Made by a program: the position numbers and the translations under genes. From Dysgonomonas sp. (GTDB lineage Bacteria; Bacteroidota; Bacteroidia; Bacteroidales; Dysgonomonadaceae), in contig JASGEQ010000007.1 of NCBI GenBank assembly GCA_047606265.1, positions 48,941-112,940 of the forward strand: a stretch of 64,000 nucleotides of DNA. Direction: 5' to 3'. Positions 41,949 through 50,131 of the stretch are shown in pieces. The notes under the pieces are model-generated. The model ran no database searches and was not told the DNA's origin. It worked only from the letters and a program-made list of their open reading frames with translations. Numbering within the stretch: the first letter of the stretch is position 1; every line of letters begins with the position of its first letter.

Positions 41949-42404
41949 CTAAAAAGGAAGATCGTCATCATCACTCATTGGCACTATCGGGGCAGCTGGA
42001 GTAGATGGAGCTTGATAACTGCTGCTATCATACGTAGTATTGCTATAATTTTCACCTCCCTCGTCTCTCCTGCGGCTACCAAGCAGTTCCAGATTATCAG
42101 CATATATCTCGTTTACATAACGCTTTATTCCATTTGCATCGTCATATGTACGCGAACGGATCTTTCCTTCTACATACACCTGGGTACCTTTCTTTACAAA
42201 CTGCTCTGCAACCTTAGCTAGCCCTCTCCAACAAACTATGTTATGCCATTCGGTACGATCAGGGACCTGAGTTCCATTAGCAGCTGTATAGCCCCTTTCG
42301 GTTGTTGCCAAAGTAAAATTAGCAACAGCGCTACCATTATCAAAATATTTCACATCGGGATCTTTTCCTACATTCCCTACCAAAATCACTTTATTTATTG
42401 ACAT
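41949..42404 (-). CDS. ssb: Single-stranded DNA-binding protein
   Basis: MSINKVILVGNVGKDP, TEWHNIVCW, acidic DDDLPF tail. Confidence 0.98.
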   Translation of the reverse strand: MSINKVILVGNVGKDPDVKYFDNGSAVANFTLATTERGYTAANGTQVPDRTEWHNIVCWRGLAKVAEQFVKKGTQVYVEGKIRSRTYDDANGIKRYVNEIYADNLELLGSRRRDEGGENYSNTTYDSSSYQAPSTPAAPIVPMSDDDDLPF

Positions 42405-42426
42405 ATCTCTTTATTTTTATTATTCA

Positions 42427-42434
42427 CAAATATA
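42427..42434 (-). promoter_or_regulatory. -7 promoter box for ssb
   Basis: TATATTTG, 22 nt upstream of ATG. Confidence 0.6.
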
Positions 42435-42455
42435 TAATTTTTTTTATCAGATAGA

Positions 42456-42968
42456 TCAATTTTCTTTCTGTCCTACCGAAACTATTTTCTGGAGGAATAA
42501 AGAATTGGGTATAATAATAGATTCCCCACCTCTCGTCCTCAGATATGTATGAAAGGTAGAGATATCTTCTATTGTAGCATCAATAGGCGTATCCTTGTCC
42601 AGAATATGTATTTCGTCACCGATACGAAACGGAGTGCTGAAAAACAAAATTACTCCGGCTGTAATATTACTCAATATAGACCATTGGGCAAACAGTGCTA
42701 CTCCTATAACCGCAAAGATAGAAGAAACTGCAACAAGCATATTCTGAGGCTCCACCCCCCAAAGTATTGCGAGCAATACAATGCAAGTAAAGTTGACAAG
42801 TATATTGACAACCCGAACCATATGAAGTGTTCTAACTTCTGATTTTGACGCAAGAACTCCATATTTACGTATTACCCTGCTCAATATATACTTTGAAGAA
42901 GGAACCAGGGCAATAATTATAGCTGATGCAATTATTTGGGGTAAATTTTCCTGTATTATACTTAACAT
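42456..42968 (-). CDS. MscS family small mechanosensitive channel
   Basis: ILSNITAGVILFFSTPFRIGDEI, IIIPNS; ATG at 42968 preferred over TTG at 42995. Confidence 0.85.
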   Translation of the reverse strand: MLSIIQENLPQIIASAIIIALVPSSKYILSRVIRKYGVLASKSEVRTLHMVRVVNILVNFTCIVLLAILWGVEPQNMLVAVSSIFAVIGVALFAQWSILSNITAGVILFFSTPFRIGDEIHILDKDTPIDATIEDISTFHTYLRTRGGESIIIPNSLFLQKIVSVGQKEN

Positions 42969-42981
42969 GATAAGGTATGAT

Positions 42982-43009
42982 AAAAAAGGATGCAACTACT
43001 TGCACCCTT
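42982..43009 (-). terminator. Terminator after the ECF/anti-sigma/lipoprotein operon
   Basis: AAGGGTGCAA-gtag-TTGCATCCTT-TTTT on the minus strand. Confidence 0.8.
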
Positions 43010-43037
43010 CTTGTTTTTTATTACAATAAATGGGCAA

Positions 43038-43850
43038 TTACGACTCTGTATCTTTATAATATGTAAAATTATAAGGTGCAGAAGTCCAACTACCGACATA
43101 AACATCTGTTTTTACAGTTGTATTATCAGACTGTAATTGGTTGTAACGGAATTTTATTACCACATTAACATAAGTGCCACTTCCAAATTCAAAATTATCT
43201 GAATTCTTGTATTCTTGTCTAATCTGAGATAGATTACCAACAGATAATATTTGTTGTTTTAACACACTTCCCCCATCAACACCCGGTACATAATTAAACC
43301 GTACATCTATTATTATTTGATTTTTTTCCACATCTTTACGAACTCCGTCAACCATTTCATATTGCCTGTCGGCATCATAAAAAAAGTAGGCCCGAGGGGT
43401 ATCATTCTCCTTCAGTTTGGCTGTTGTATAGAGAAAACCCCAGTTATTTCCGACGAAACTATCAGATCTGCCATAATACGGTATAAAATCTGACGGATTA
43501 AAAGTATCCTCAATTGTAACCGGCCCAACTATACTCATAGTAGGAGTTATAGATTTAGAAACTCCAGTGATAGTAGCATTTTCATAAATGCCATTAGACG
43601 ATAAATTATCAGAAGATAATCGATAGCTCATCAAATAACATTTTCCACTCTCCAAACCGTCTATAGTCGGCGAACTAATATAAATAGCCTGGCTTAATGC
43701 CGCAACTTTCCTGCCGGTTTTCTCATGAGTAGTTATATAAGCGAAGACATTATCACTCCCGAATTCATTGTTACCATCCCCCAAGCAAGAAGTAAACAAT
43801 ACTACAGCAGTAAATGTGCCTAAAATTAAATTAAATAACGACTTTTTCAT
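43038..43850 (-). CDS. Lipoprotein, probably NigD-like
   Basis: Lipobox FTSC-LGD; third gene of an ECF/anti-sigma operon; family call rests mainly on context. Confidence 0.55.
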   Translation of the reverse strand: MKKSLFNLILGTFTAVVLFTSCLGDGNNEFGSDNVFAYITTHEKTGRKVAALSQAIYISSPTIDGLESGKCYLMSYRLSSDNLSSNGIYENATITGVSKSITPTMSIVGPVTIEDTFNPSDFIPYYGRSDSFVGNNWGFLYTTAKLKENDTPRAYFFYDADRQYEMVDGVRKDVEKNQIIIDVRFNYVPGVDGGSVLKQQILSVGNLSQIRQEYKNSDNFEFGSGTYVNVVIKFRYNQLQSDNTTVKTDVYVGSWTSAPYNFTYYKDTES

Positions 43851-43886
43851 ATCTCAAATTCACTTTTTCTTTTTTTTAAAATTGTT

Positions 43887-45143
43887 TTAAAAATCAAATT
43901 TAATACCCATGTTTAAATCCAACTGGGTCTTTCTATCAGAGAATATTGTCGGATACTTATTATGGACATCGAAATAATAAGCACCTCCAATGGTTCCGTA
44001 AAGATACAATTTTTTATATATTGGATAAGCGATTCCTAATTTTAAATGTGTGGAAAACTGGGGTTTAGATTGCTCTATGTTTTCTCGTATAAAGTATGGC
44101 TCATTATGGTAAAGTTTAAAGGCGAGTTCCCTATCTTCTATATCCATTTTGGAGAATCCCATACTGCTCTCATACTTTCCGCTAATATCTTTTTGTATCA
44201 TTCCTCCCACAGACAAATAAAGATCAGCCTTTCCTAGCTTATAGAATGTATAATTCAGGGAAACAGGTATACCAAGGTAATGGAACGTTTGAGTTTCATG
44301 TATATCGAATATACTTGTCGATGTTATTTTAGAAGACAAGTAAGTATAGACTAAACCTGCTTCGAGAGACAAGTTTGAAGTCAAACCTTTACTTAGTTTC
44401 AAACCAATAGATAGCGGCTGCTTGTGCTGCATCTCAAAACCTTTATTTTCCTTGCTCAAAGCATCCATAAATATCCTGCTCCTTACACCACGAGAAAATA
44501 AAAGGCCCCCTCCATTTTGATTTATATTTTCTGATAACAATCCGGCATTAGCAGAAGCTATCAACGATAGGCCTTTTACTTTTGATCGTTTAGGCAATTC
44601 TGCTATCGCAGGTTCGGTAGTTGTATTTAGTAGAACCTCCTCTTTCTTCGATGGTTTCTCAGGTTCTTTTTCCAGAACAGGCTCTTCTTGTTTTACCGGC
44701 TCTTTCGGAATTTCTTCTATTACAGGATATACCGAATCCATCTTCTTAGCCAAATATTTCTTCAAAGGTAATGATATCGGTTCTTCCTCCACCATTGTCG
44801 TATCCGCATCTATAAAAGGTTCCGGCTCTTCTGCAACAATAACGTTATTCTCTTCCGGTATTATTGTATCCTCACCCTTCGGTATCAATATAACACCTGT
44901 TACGACAGCAGCAGCTACTCCTATAGTGATTAATATGGTTTTCAACAGAGACGCTTTAGCCGTCGTTGCAGCTGAAGATCCTGCAGAAGACGAAGACCCT
45001 GACGATGACGGATCGGCTGTAGGAGTCGGCTGTTGAGACAAAAGCTGATCCAGCCCACCCCAAACAGAAGCAGGCACATCTGACTCAAAGTCTTTCAACT
45101 TCGAGGAGAACAGATCCTTTATTTTGTCATTTTCCTTTGCCAT
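43887..45143 (-). CDS. Dual-membrane-spanning anti-sigma factor-like protein (cytoplasmic N-domain, TM helix, E/P/K linker, OM beta-barrel)
   Basis: IKDLFSSKLKDFESDVPASVW N-terminus, TM LLKTILITIGVAAAVVTGVILI, low-complexity linker, barrel ending LNMGIKFDF. Confidence 0.8.
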   Translation of the reverse strand: MAKENDKIKDLFSSKLKDFESDVPASVWGGLDQLLSQQPTPTADPSSSGSSSSAGSSAATTAKASLLKTILITIGVAAAVVTGVILIPKGEDTIIPEENNVIVAEEPEPFIDADTTMVEEEPISLPLKKYLAKKMDSVYPVIEEIPKEPVKQEEPVLEKEPEKPSKKEEVLLNTTTEPAIAELPKRSKVKGLSLIASANAGLLSENINQNGGGLLFSRGVRSRIFMDALSKENKGFEMQHKQPLSIGLKLSKGLTSNLSLEAGLVYTYLSSKITSTSIFDIHETQTFHYLGIPVSLNYTFYKLGKADLYLSVGGMIQKDISGKYESSMGFSKMDIEDRELAFKLYHNEPYFIRENIEQSKPQFSTHLKLGIAYPIYKKLYLYGTIGGAYYFDVHNKYPTIFSDRKTQLDLNMGIKFDF

Positions 45144-45146
45144 ATC

Positions 45147-45695
45147 CTATGACCTTTCCTTTATATATTGTTCCACCTTCCTTTGCAGTATCTGCCTGGC
45201 TCTCACATATTGTGACCGTGAGGTTCCCTCACTAATATTCAGCATTTCCGCAATCTCCTTGTGAGAAAAATCCTCTATCGCATATAAGTTAAAAACGGTT
45301 GAATACCCTACTGGTAACTCTTGTACCATTTTCAACAATTCCACTTCAGAAAGCTTATACATCTGACTATCCTCTGTTGACTCATCTACAACATCCGGAA
45401 CATTTTGTATATCATCAGAAAATTGGAACATTGCTTTTTTCTTCCTTAAGCTTTCTAAAGACAGGTTTATAAATATACGCTTTAACCATCCCTCAAAAGA
45501 ACCCTTCTCTTGGAAAGATCCTATATGAGCAAAGACTTTCATAAATCCATCCTGCAATAAATCCTGAGCATCGGCATGATCGGAACTATAGCGTAAGCAG
45601 ATACCATACATCCTACGAGCATACTTCTCGTATAGTATCCTTTGAGCTTCCCGCTTTTGTTCTTTACATCCTGCTATTATTTGCAGTTCATTCAT
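45147..45695 (-). CDS. ECF RNA polymerase sigma factor
   Basis: DAQDLLQDGFMKVF, SFEGWLKRI, FSHKEIAEMLNISEGTSRSQYVRAR. Confidence 0.95.
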   Translation of the reverse strand: MNELQIIAGCKEQKREAQRILYEKYARRMYGICLRYSSDHADAQDLLQDGFMKVFAHIGSFQEKGSFEGWLKRIFINLSLESLRKKKAMFQFSDDIQNVPDVVDESTEDSQMYKLSEVELLKMVQELPVGYSTVFNLYAIEDFSHKEIAEMLNISEGTSRSQYVRARQILQRKVEQYIKERS

Positions 45696-45717
45696 ATTGG
45701 TTAAGCCTCATTTAAAA

Positions 45718-45743
45718 GATGCATCGTTTGTAGAAATGTTGCA
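45718..45743 (-). promoter_or_regulatory. Candidate ECF-type autoregulatory promoter
   Basis: TGCAAC-N14-TGCATC, 22 nt upstream of the sigma ATG. Confidence 0.5.
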
Positions 45744-45824
45744 TGCATCCGCAGTAAAATTCATTTATGTTTTGCTTAATTATTTAATAAGCAAAAAGAA
45801 CTTGTTGTCTTGTCTTTCTTAAAT

Positions 45825-46244
45825 TTACTCTGGTTTCTGAGTAAAAAGTACCATTTTAACCTGTAACTTATTACCGATATCTATCATATCCACTACATCC
45901 TGAAGAGAGAGAGATTTATCGGCTTGCAGCAGAACATTAACTTCTACATTTTCATTCTTTTTCTTTTCATCTGCTAATACGCCAGCTAATACGGACTCTA
46001 CTTCATCTTTTTGTATTTCCCTGTCATTTACGTAATATCTTAAATCCCTCGTTATAATCAGATTAATATTCTTTTTAGTCACAACTTGCTCCGAAGTAGC
46101 TGCATTAGGCAACAAAACCCTTATAGCAGCAGGTGTCACCATTGTTGATATAATGAGAAAAAACAGCAAAAGGAAAAACATAATATCATTAAGGGAAGCA
46201 GTATATACTTCCGCTGCTCTGGCTTTCCTACGTTCTATTTTCAT
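45825..46244 (-). CDS. exbD: ExbD/TolR biopolymer transport protein
   Basis: SLNDIMFFLLLFFLI, LLQADKSL..DVVDMID. Confidence 0.92.
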   Translation of the reverse strand: MKIERRKARAAEVYTASLNDIMFFLLLFFLIISTMVTPAAIRVLLPNAATSEQVVTKKNINLIITRDLRYYVNDREIQKDEVESVLAGVLADEKKKNENVEVNVLLQADKSLSLQDVVDMIDIGNKLQVKMVLFTQKPE

Positions 46245-46269
46245 AACTTCCCTTTTTTACAAAAAATAT

Positions 46270-46983
46270 TTATGCCTGAACACCCCTTTTCTTGTAAGCT
46301 CTTATAGCTTTAAGTACCTCATTCGACTCCTTATCTATATTTATAACAACTTTGTCAATACGTCCGTTTAGCAAATAGTATCCGGAATATGCAACAACAC
46401 CGACAAGTAGCCCGGCTCCCGAACAAATCATCTTCTGATACAAACCTGTAGAAATAGTATCAATAGCCAAATCGTTTGTGCGTGCTATATCATAAAATAT
46501 TTTTATAACACCAAATATTGTACCCAGGAATCCGAGCATCGGAGCTATAGAAGCCGTTATCCCCAACCAGTTCATTTGGTTTTCGAGCATACTTATTTGT
46601 TGTCGTGCCTCTACCTCCATAGCTTCTTGAATTTCATTATCTTCCATTTCAAATTCTTTCAATCCGGCGGCTATTACCTTAGCAGAAGCATGAGAACGCT
46701 CAACACTAAATTTTAGAGCTTTATCTATCTTGCCTTCATGAATAAGTTCTACTACACGTGATAACCAGACAGAGTCTTTTTTGCCTAGACGATTTATTAC
46801 CAGCCATTTATTTATAATTACATAAATAGCTAACAATGATAGTAAAAATATAGGCAGAAGTATCCAGCCACCTTTAAGCACTAGATTTAAATAACTTTCG
46901 TCAGGTGTTGCAGTCGCCTGCACCGCCTGATCGGCCATTTCAACTACCGGAGTAGCAGCTTGAAGAAGAACTAGTAAACTCAT
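46270..46983 (-). CDS. exbB: ExbB/TolQ/MotA proton channel
   Basis: IAPMLGFLGTIFGVI, GLYQKMICSGAGLLVG. Confidence 0.92.
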   Translation of the reverse strand: MSLLVLLQAATPVVEMADQAVQATATPDESYLNLVLKGGWILLPIFLLSLLAIYVIINKWLVINRLGKKDSVWLSRVVELIHEGKIDKALKFSVERSHASAKVIAAGLKEFEMEDNEIQEAMEVEARQQISMLENQMNWLGITASIAPMLGFLGTIFGVIKIFYDIARTNDLAIDTISTGLYQKMICSGAGLLVGVVAYSGYYLLNGRIDKVVINIDKESNEVLKAIRAYKKRGVQA

Positions 46984-47012
46984 GAGCTTTTAATTATATT
47001 TATTACATAAAA

Positions 47013-47049
47013 TTCGACAGAAGTCCCAAATATAAGGTCTTCCGCCGAA
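47013..47049 (-). terminator. nuo operon terminator with an exbB -7 box in its loop
   Basis: TTCGGCGGAAG...CTTCTGTCGAA-TTTT; TATATTTG at 47027-47034 in the loop. Confidence 0.7.
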
Positions 47050-47073
47050 CTTTTGTTTATTTTTTAATATTCT

Positions 47074-48501
47074 TTAATATATGCCAAAACTTATTTCACT
47101 AATGTATTGATAGAAGCAGCTTACCACACCTACCAAGAAAATTCCAATCAAAGAAATCACTAAAGAAGTCTTCATATAGCCATCTGTGTTAAGACACTCA
47201 ATAGGAGAATCCGTCTTCTTTATAAACATAGCCTTTACGACTAACAAATAATAGTATAGCGAAATAACTATATTCAGGAATGCAAGAAAGACAAGCAAAA
47301 CATGCCCTTGTTCCATAGCTGCCATAAATACAAATAACTTACTGAAAAATCCGGCCGCAAACGGAATACCTCCTAACGAAAACATTGCTATCATCATAGT
47401 CAATGCCAGTTTAGGATTAGAATAATATAAACCGTTATAATCGTCCATATTCACCTTTCCGGTTTTATCCTCAATTGCCGAAATCACACCAAATGCGGCA
47501 AGATTGGAGAACACATATACAAATACGTAGAATATGGTTGCAGCCATCCCTTCTGTTGTACCTGTGAAAACACTCAGCATAATATATCCCGCCTGAGATA
47601 TTGAGGAGAAAGCAAGGAATCGTTTCATGTTCTTCTGGCGAAGAGCAAATAAGTTACCGACTGTAATAGTGAGAATAATAATTATCCATATTATACTTTT
47701 CCATGTATCAGCTAAAACGGGGAATACTTTATATAAAATAGCCATCAGGGCAAATACTGCCGCCCCTTTCGATATAGTAGATAAATATAACGTCACATTA
47801 GTAGGCGCACCCTGATAAGTATCAGGTGCCCAAAGATGGAACGGAACAAGTGATATTTTGAAGAACAAACCCGCCATGATGAAGATCATAGCCATTATAA
47901 TCATTGGTGATGAATATATGGTTGCCGCTATATCTGTATAATAGAGTGTACCACATGCTCCATAAAGGAATGAAATACCGAACACCATGATAGCGGAAGA
48001 GAAAACTGCGTTAAAAATATATTTAGCTCCCGCCTCGGCCGATTCGTGTTTGTATTTATTGAATGCTACAAGCGCTGCGATAGGCAACGATGCTGTTTCG
48101 AGTCCAATATAAAACAGCAGGAAGTTTCCGGATGAAACCATCAGATACATTCCTATCAGGGTGAGGGTGGTCAACATGAAGAATTCTCCACGCTTTAATA
48201 TCGCATCAGGTTTCTTTAACCATGCATTTGCTTGCAAGAAGATAAGGAACACCCCTATATTGAGAACATTCTTTATTGTAAGATAAGCCGGCCCTGTAAC
48301 ATACATCCCTGCAAAAGAACTGTCATAGTCTGATTTGAAGAAGAAGCAGACAACAGTATGCACTAGAAATAAACCACAGGCAAACGGGAAATAATATTTT
48401 TTTGCGCTGTCTGAAGCAAACAAATCGTAGAAAATAAGTAAGAGGAATACCACTATAAGTGATAACTCGTGCTTCATCAACAAATAATTACTCAAATCCA
48501 T
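47074..48501 (-). CDS. nuoN: NADH-quinone oxidoreductase subunit N
   Basis: FKISLVPFHLWAPDTYQGAP, KRFLAFSSISQAGY. Confidence 0.95.
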   Translation of the reverse strand: MDLSNYLLMKHELSLIVVFLLLIFYDLFASDSAKKYYFPFACGLFLVHTVVCFFFKSDYDSSFAGMYVTGPAYLTIKNVLNIGVFLIFLQANAWLKKPDAILKRGEFFMLTTLTLIGMYLMVSSGNFLLFYIGLETASLPIAALVAFNKYKHESAEAGAKYIFNAVFSSAIMVFGISFLYGACGTLYYTDIAATIYSSPMIIMAMIFIMAGLFFKISLVPFHLWAPDTYQGAPTNVTLYLSTISKGAAVFALMAILYKVFPVLADTWKSIIWIIIILTITVGNLFALRQKNMKRFLAFSSISQAGYIMLSVFTGTTEGMAATIFYVFVYVFSNLAAFGVISAIEDKTGKVNMDDYNGLYYSNPKLALTMMIAMFSLGGIPFAAGFFSKLFVFMAAMEQGHVLLVFLAFLNIVISLYYYLLVVKAMFIKKTDSPIECLNTDGYMKTSLVISLIGIFLVGVVSCFYQYISEISFGIY

Positions 48502-48542
48502 TTTTATATCTTATATTACAATGTTTACAATTTTATCCTTAC

Positions 48543-50024
48543 TTATTTAATCAAATAGCCTAAACTGGAACTGATCAGGTTGGAAATCCATCCCGGGAAC
48601 AAACCCATTCCGGCAACACATATAATCAATCCTACAGTCGCTATCTTTTCGTGCCATACTGCATCAGTCAATTCCAAATGATGCGGATCTTGTACAGGTC
48701 CATAAAGTATCTTGCCAACAACTTTCAGAATATATACGGCTGTTGCCACAATTGACGAAATAGCTATTATAGTAAATACTCTGTGAAACATATCTGCATG
48801 TTCAAATGAACCCACAAAGATAGTCATTTCAGCAACGAATCCACTGAGTCCTGGCAGACCTAAAGAAGCCATCCCCGCTACTACATAACACACACTGAGG
48901 AACGGCATAATCTTCATCAAGCCTCCCATTTCCCGAATATCACGTGTATGGGTACGTCCGTATATCATACCTATCAGGGCGAAGAACAAGGCTGTCATCA
49001 AACCGTGCGAAAGCATTTGCATCACGGCTCCGGTCATAGCCGTCTGGTTCATCATCAATATAGCGAACAATACCAATCCGCAGTGGCTGACTGAGGAATA
49101 AGCATTGATGTATTTCAAGTCTGTCTGGGATATTGCGCCCAAAGCTCCGTATATAACGCTGATACCTGTCAATATAATAAATATCCATGAAAGTTCATCT
49201 GCTGCCTCTGGCATCAATCGCATAGCTATGCGGAAACATCCGTACCCCCCCAGTTTCATTAATACCCCGGCATGAAGCATGGATACCGCTGTCGGCGCAG
49301 ATGCGTGACCGTCAGGAGACCATGTGTGGAATGGGAACAAAGCACCCAGAACACCAAATCCTAAAAATGTAAGAGGGAAAATCCAATATTGTACCGCTAC
49401 CGGAATAGCGTTATTCGCTGCAACTTCAAGAATATTAAATGTATAATCGCCTGTTGCAGAAGAATTGAAATAAATTCCGAATATCCCTACCGCAAGGAAT
49501 GCCGAACCACCCATCAACATGAGAGTCAGTTTCATTGCCGAATATTCTTTTTTACCTGTTCCCCATAAGCCTATAAGCAAGTACATCGGAATTAATGCTA
49601 TCTCATAGAAGAAGAACATGGTGAACATATCCAACGAGATAAAGAACCCATATACACCAATAGATAAAAGAGTCAGCCACATAAAGAAATCTTTTGGCAG
49701 CGGATTCATATTCCATGAGGCAAACGTACCCGTCACCAAAATAACAGCTGTCAACAGAATCATTAATACCGAGATGCCATCTACCCCGATAGCGTAATGT
49801 ATATTCAACGCTTCGAACCAAACTTTATCGTAGGTGAAAAGCATTTCAGCTGTATTGCCTGCCCCACGTTCCTGAAAGAACATAAATAAGAGAACTAGAG
49901 CAAGAATCAATTCTGCAACAGCACCTATTACACCAATGGTGCGTACTTGCTTGATGTTGCGGCATGGGATAAACGCAATCAGCATCAAAGCAGGGATAAG
50001 AACAAATAATGAAAGGATATTCAT
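48543..50024 (-). CDS. nuoM: NADH-quinone oxidoreductase subunit M
   Basis: FPFHTWSPDGHASAPT, AGVLMKLGGYG, NAYSSVSH. Confidence 0.95.
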   Translation of the reverse strand: MNILSLFVLIPALMLIAFIPCRNIKQVRTIGVIGAVAELILALVLLFMFFQERGAGNTAEMLFTYDKVWFEALNIHYAIGVDGISVLMILLTAVILVTGTFASWNMNPLPKDFFMWLTLLSIGVYGFFISLDMFTMFFFYEIALIPMYLLIGLWGTGKKEYSAMKLTLMLMGGSAFLAVGIFGIYFNSSATGDYTFNILEVAANNAIPVAVQYWIFPLTFLGFGVLGALFPFHTWSPDGHASAPTAVSMLHAGVLMKLGGYGCFRIAMRLMPEAADELSWIFIILTGISVIYGALGAISQTDLKYINAYSSVSHCGLVLFAILMMNQTAMTGAVMQMLSHGLMTALFFALIGMIYGRTHTRDIREMGGLMKIMPFLSVCYVVAGMASLGLPGLSGFVAEMTIFVGSFEHADMFHRVFTIIAISSIVATAVYILKVVGKILYGPVQDPHHLELTDAVWHEKIATVGLIICVAGMGLFPGWISNLISSSLGYLIK

Positions 50025-50027
50025 ATT

Positions 50028-50126
50028 TTTTAGCTATTAGCTAACAGCTTTTAGCCATTAGCACTTTTAAACTTTTAATTCTTTATCTTTTCATCAGCTA
50101 ACAGCTATTGGCCATCAGCTAACGGA
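50028..50126. repeat. Two blocks of five degenerate 7-mers (YWWYRGC) that form a long imperfect palindrome
   Basis: ttttagc tattagc taacagc ttttagc cattagc - 29 nt - catcagc taacagc tattggc catcagc taacgga. Confidence 0.85.
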
Positions 50127-50131
50127 TTTTT

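Noticed and set aside
43887-45143. The E/P/K-rich protein as the missing TonB for exbBD
   Set aside because: The TM helix lacks the TonB Ser/His motif, and the C-terminus is a beta-barrel rather than a TonB_C domain
50028-50126. CRISPR array or coding microsatellite
   Set aside because: Units are 7 nt, contiguous and degenerate with no spacers; no cas genes; no plausible ORF
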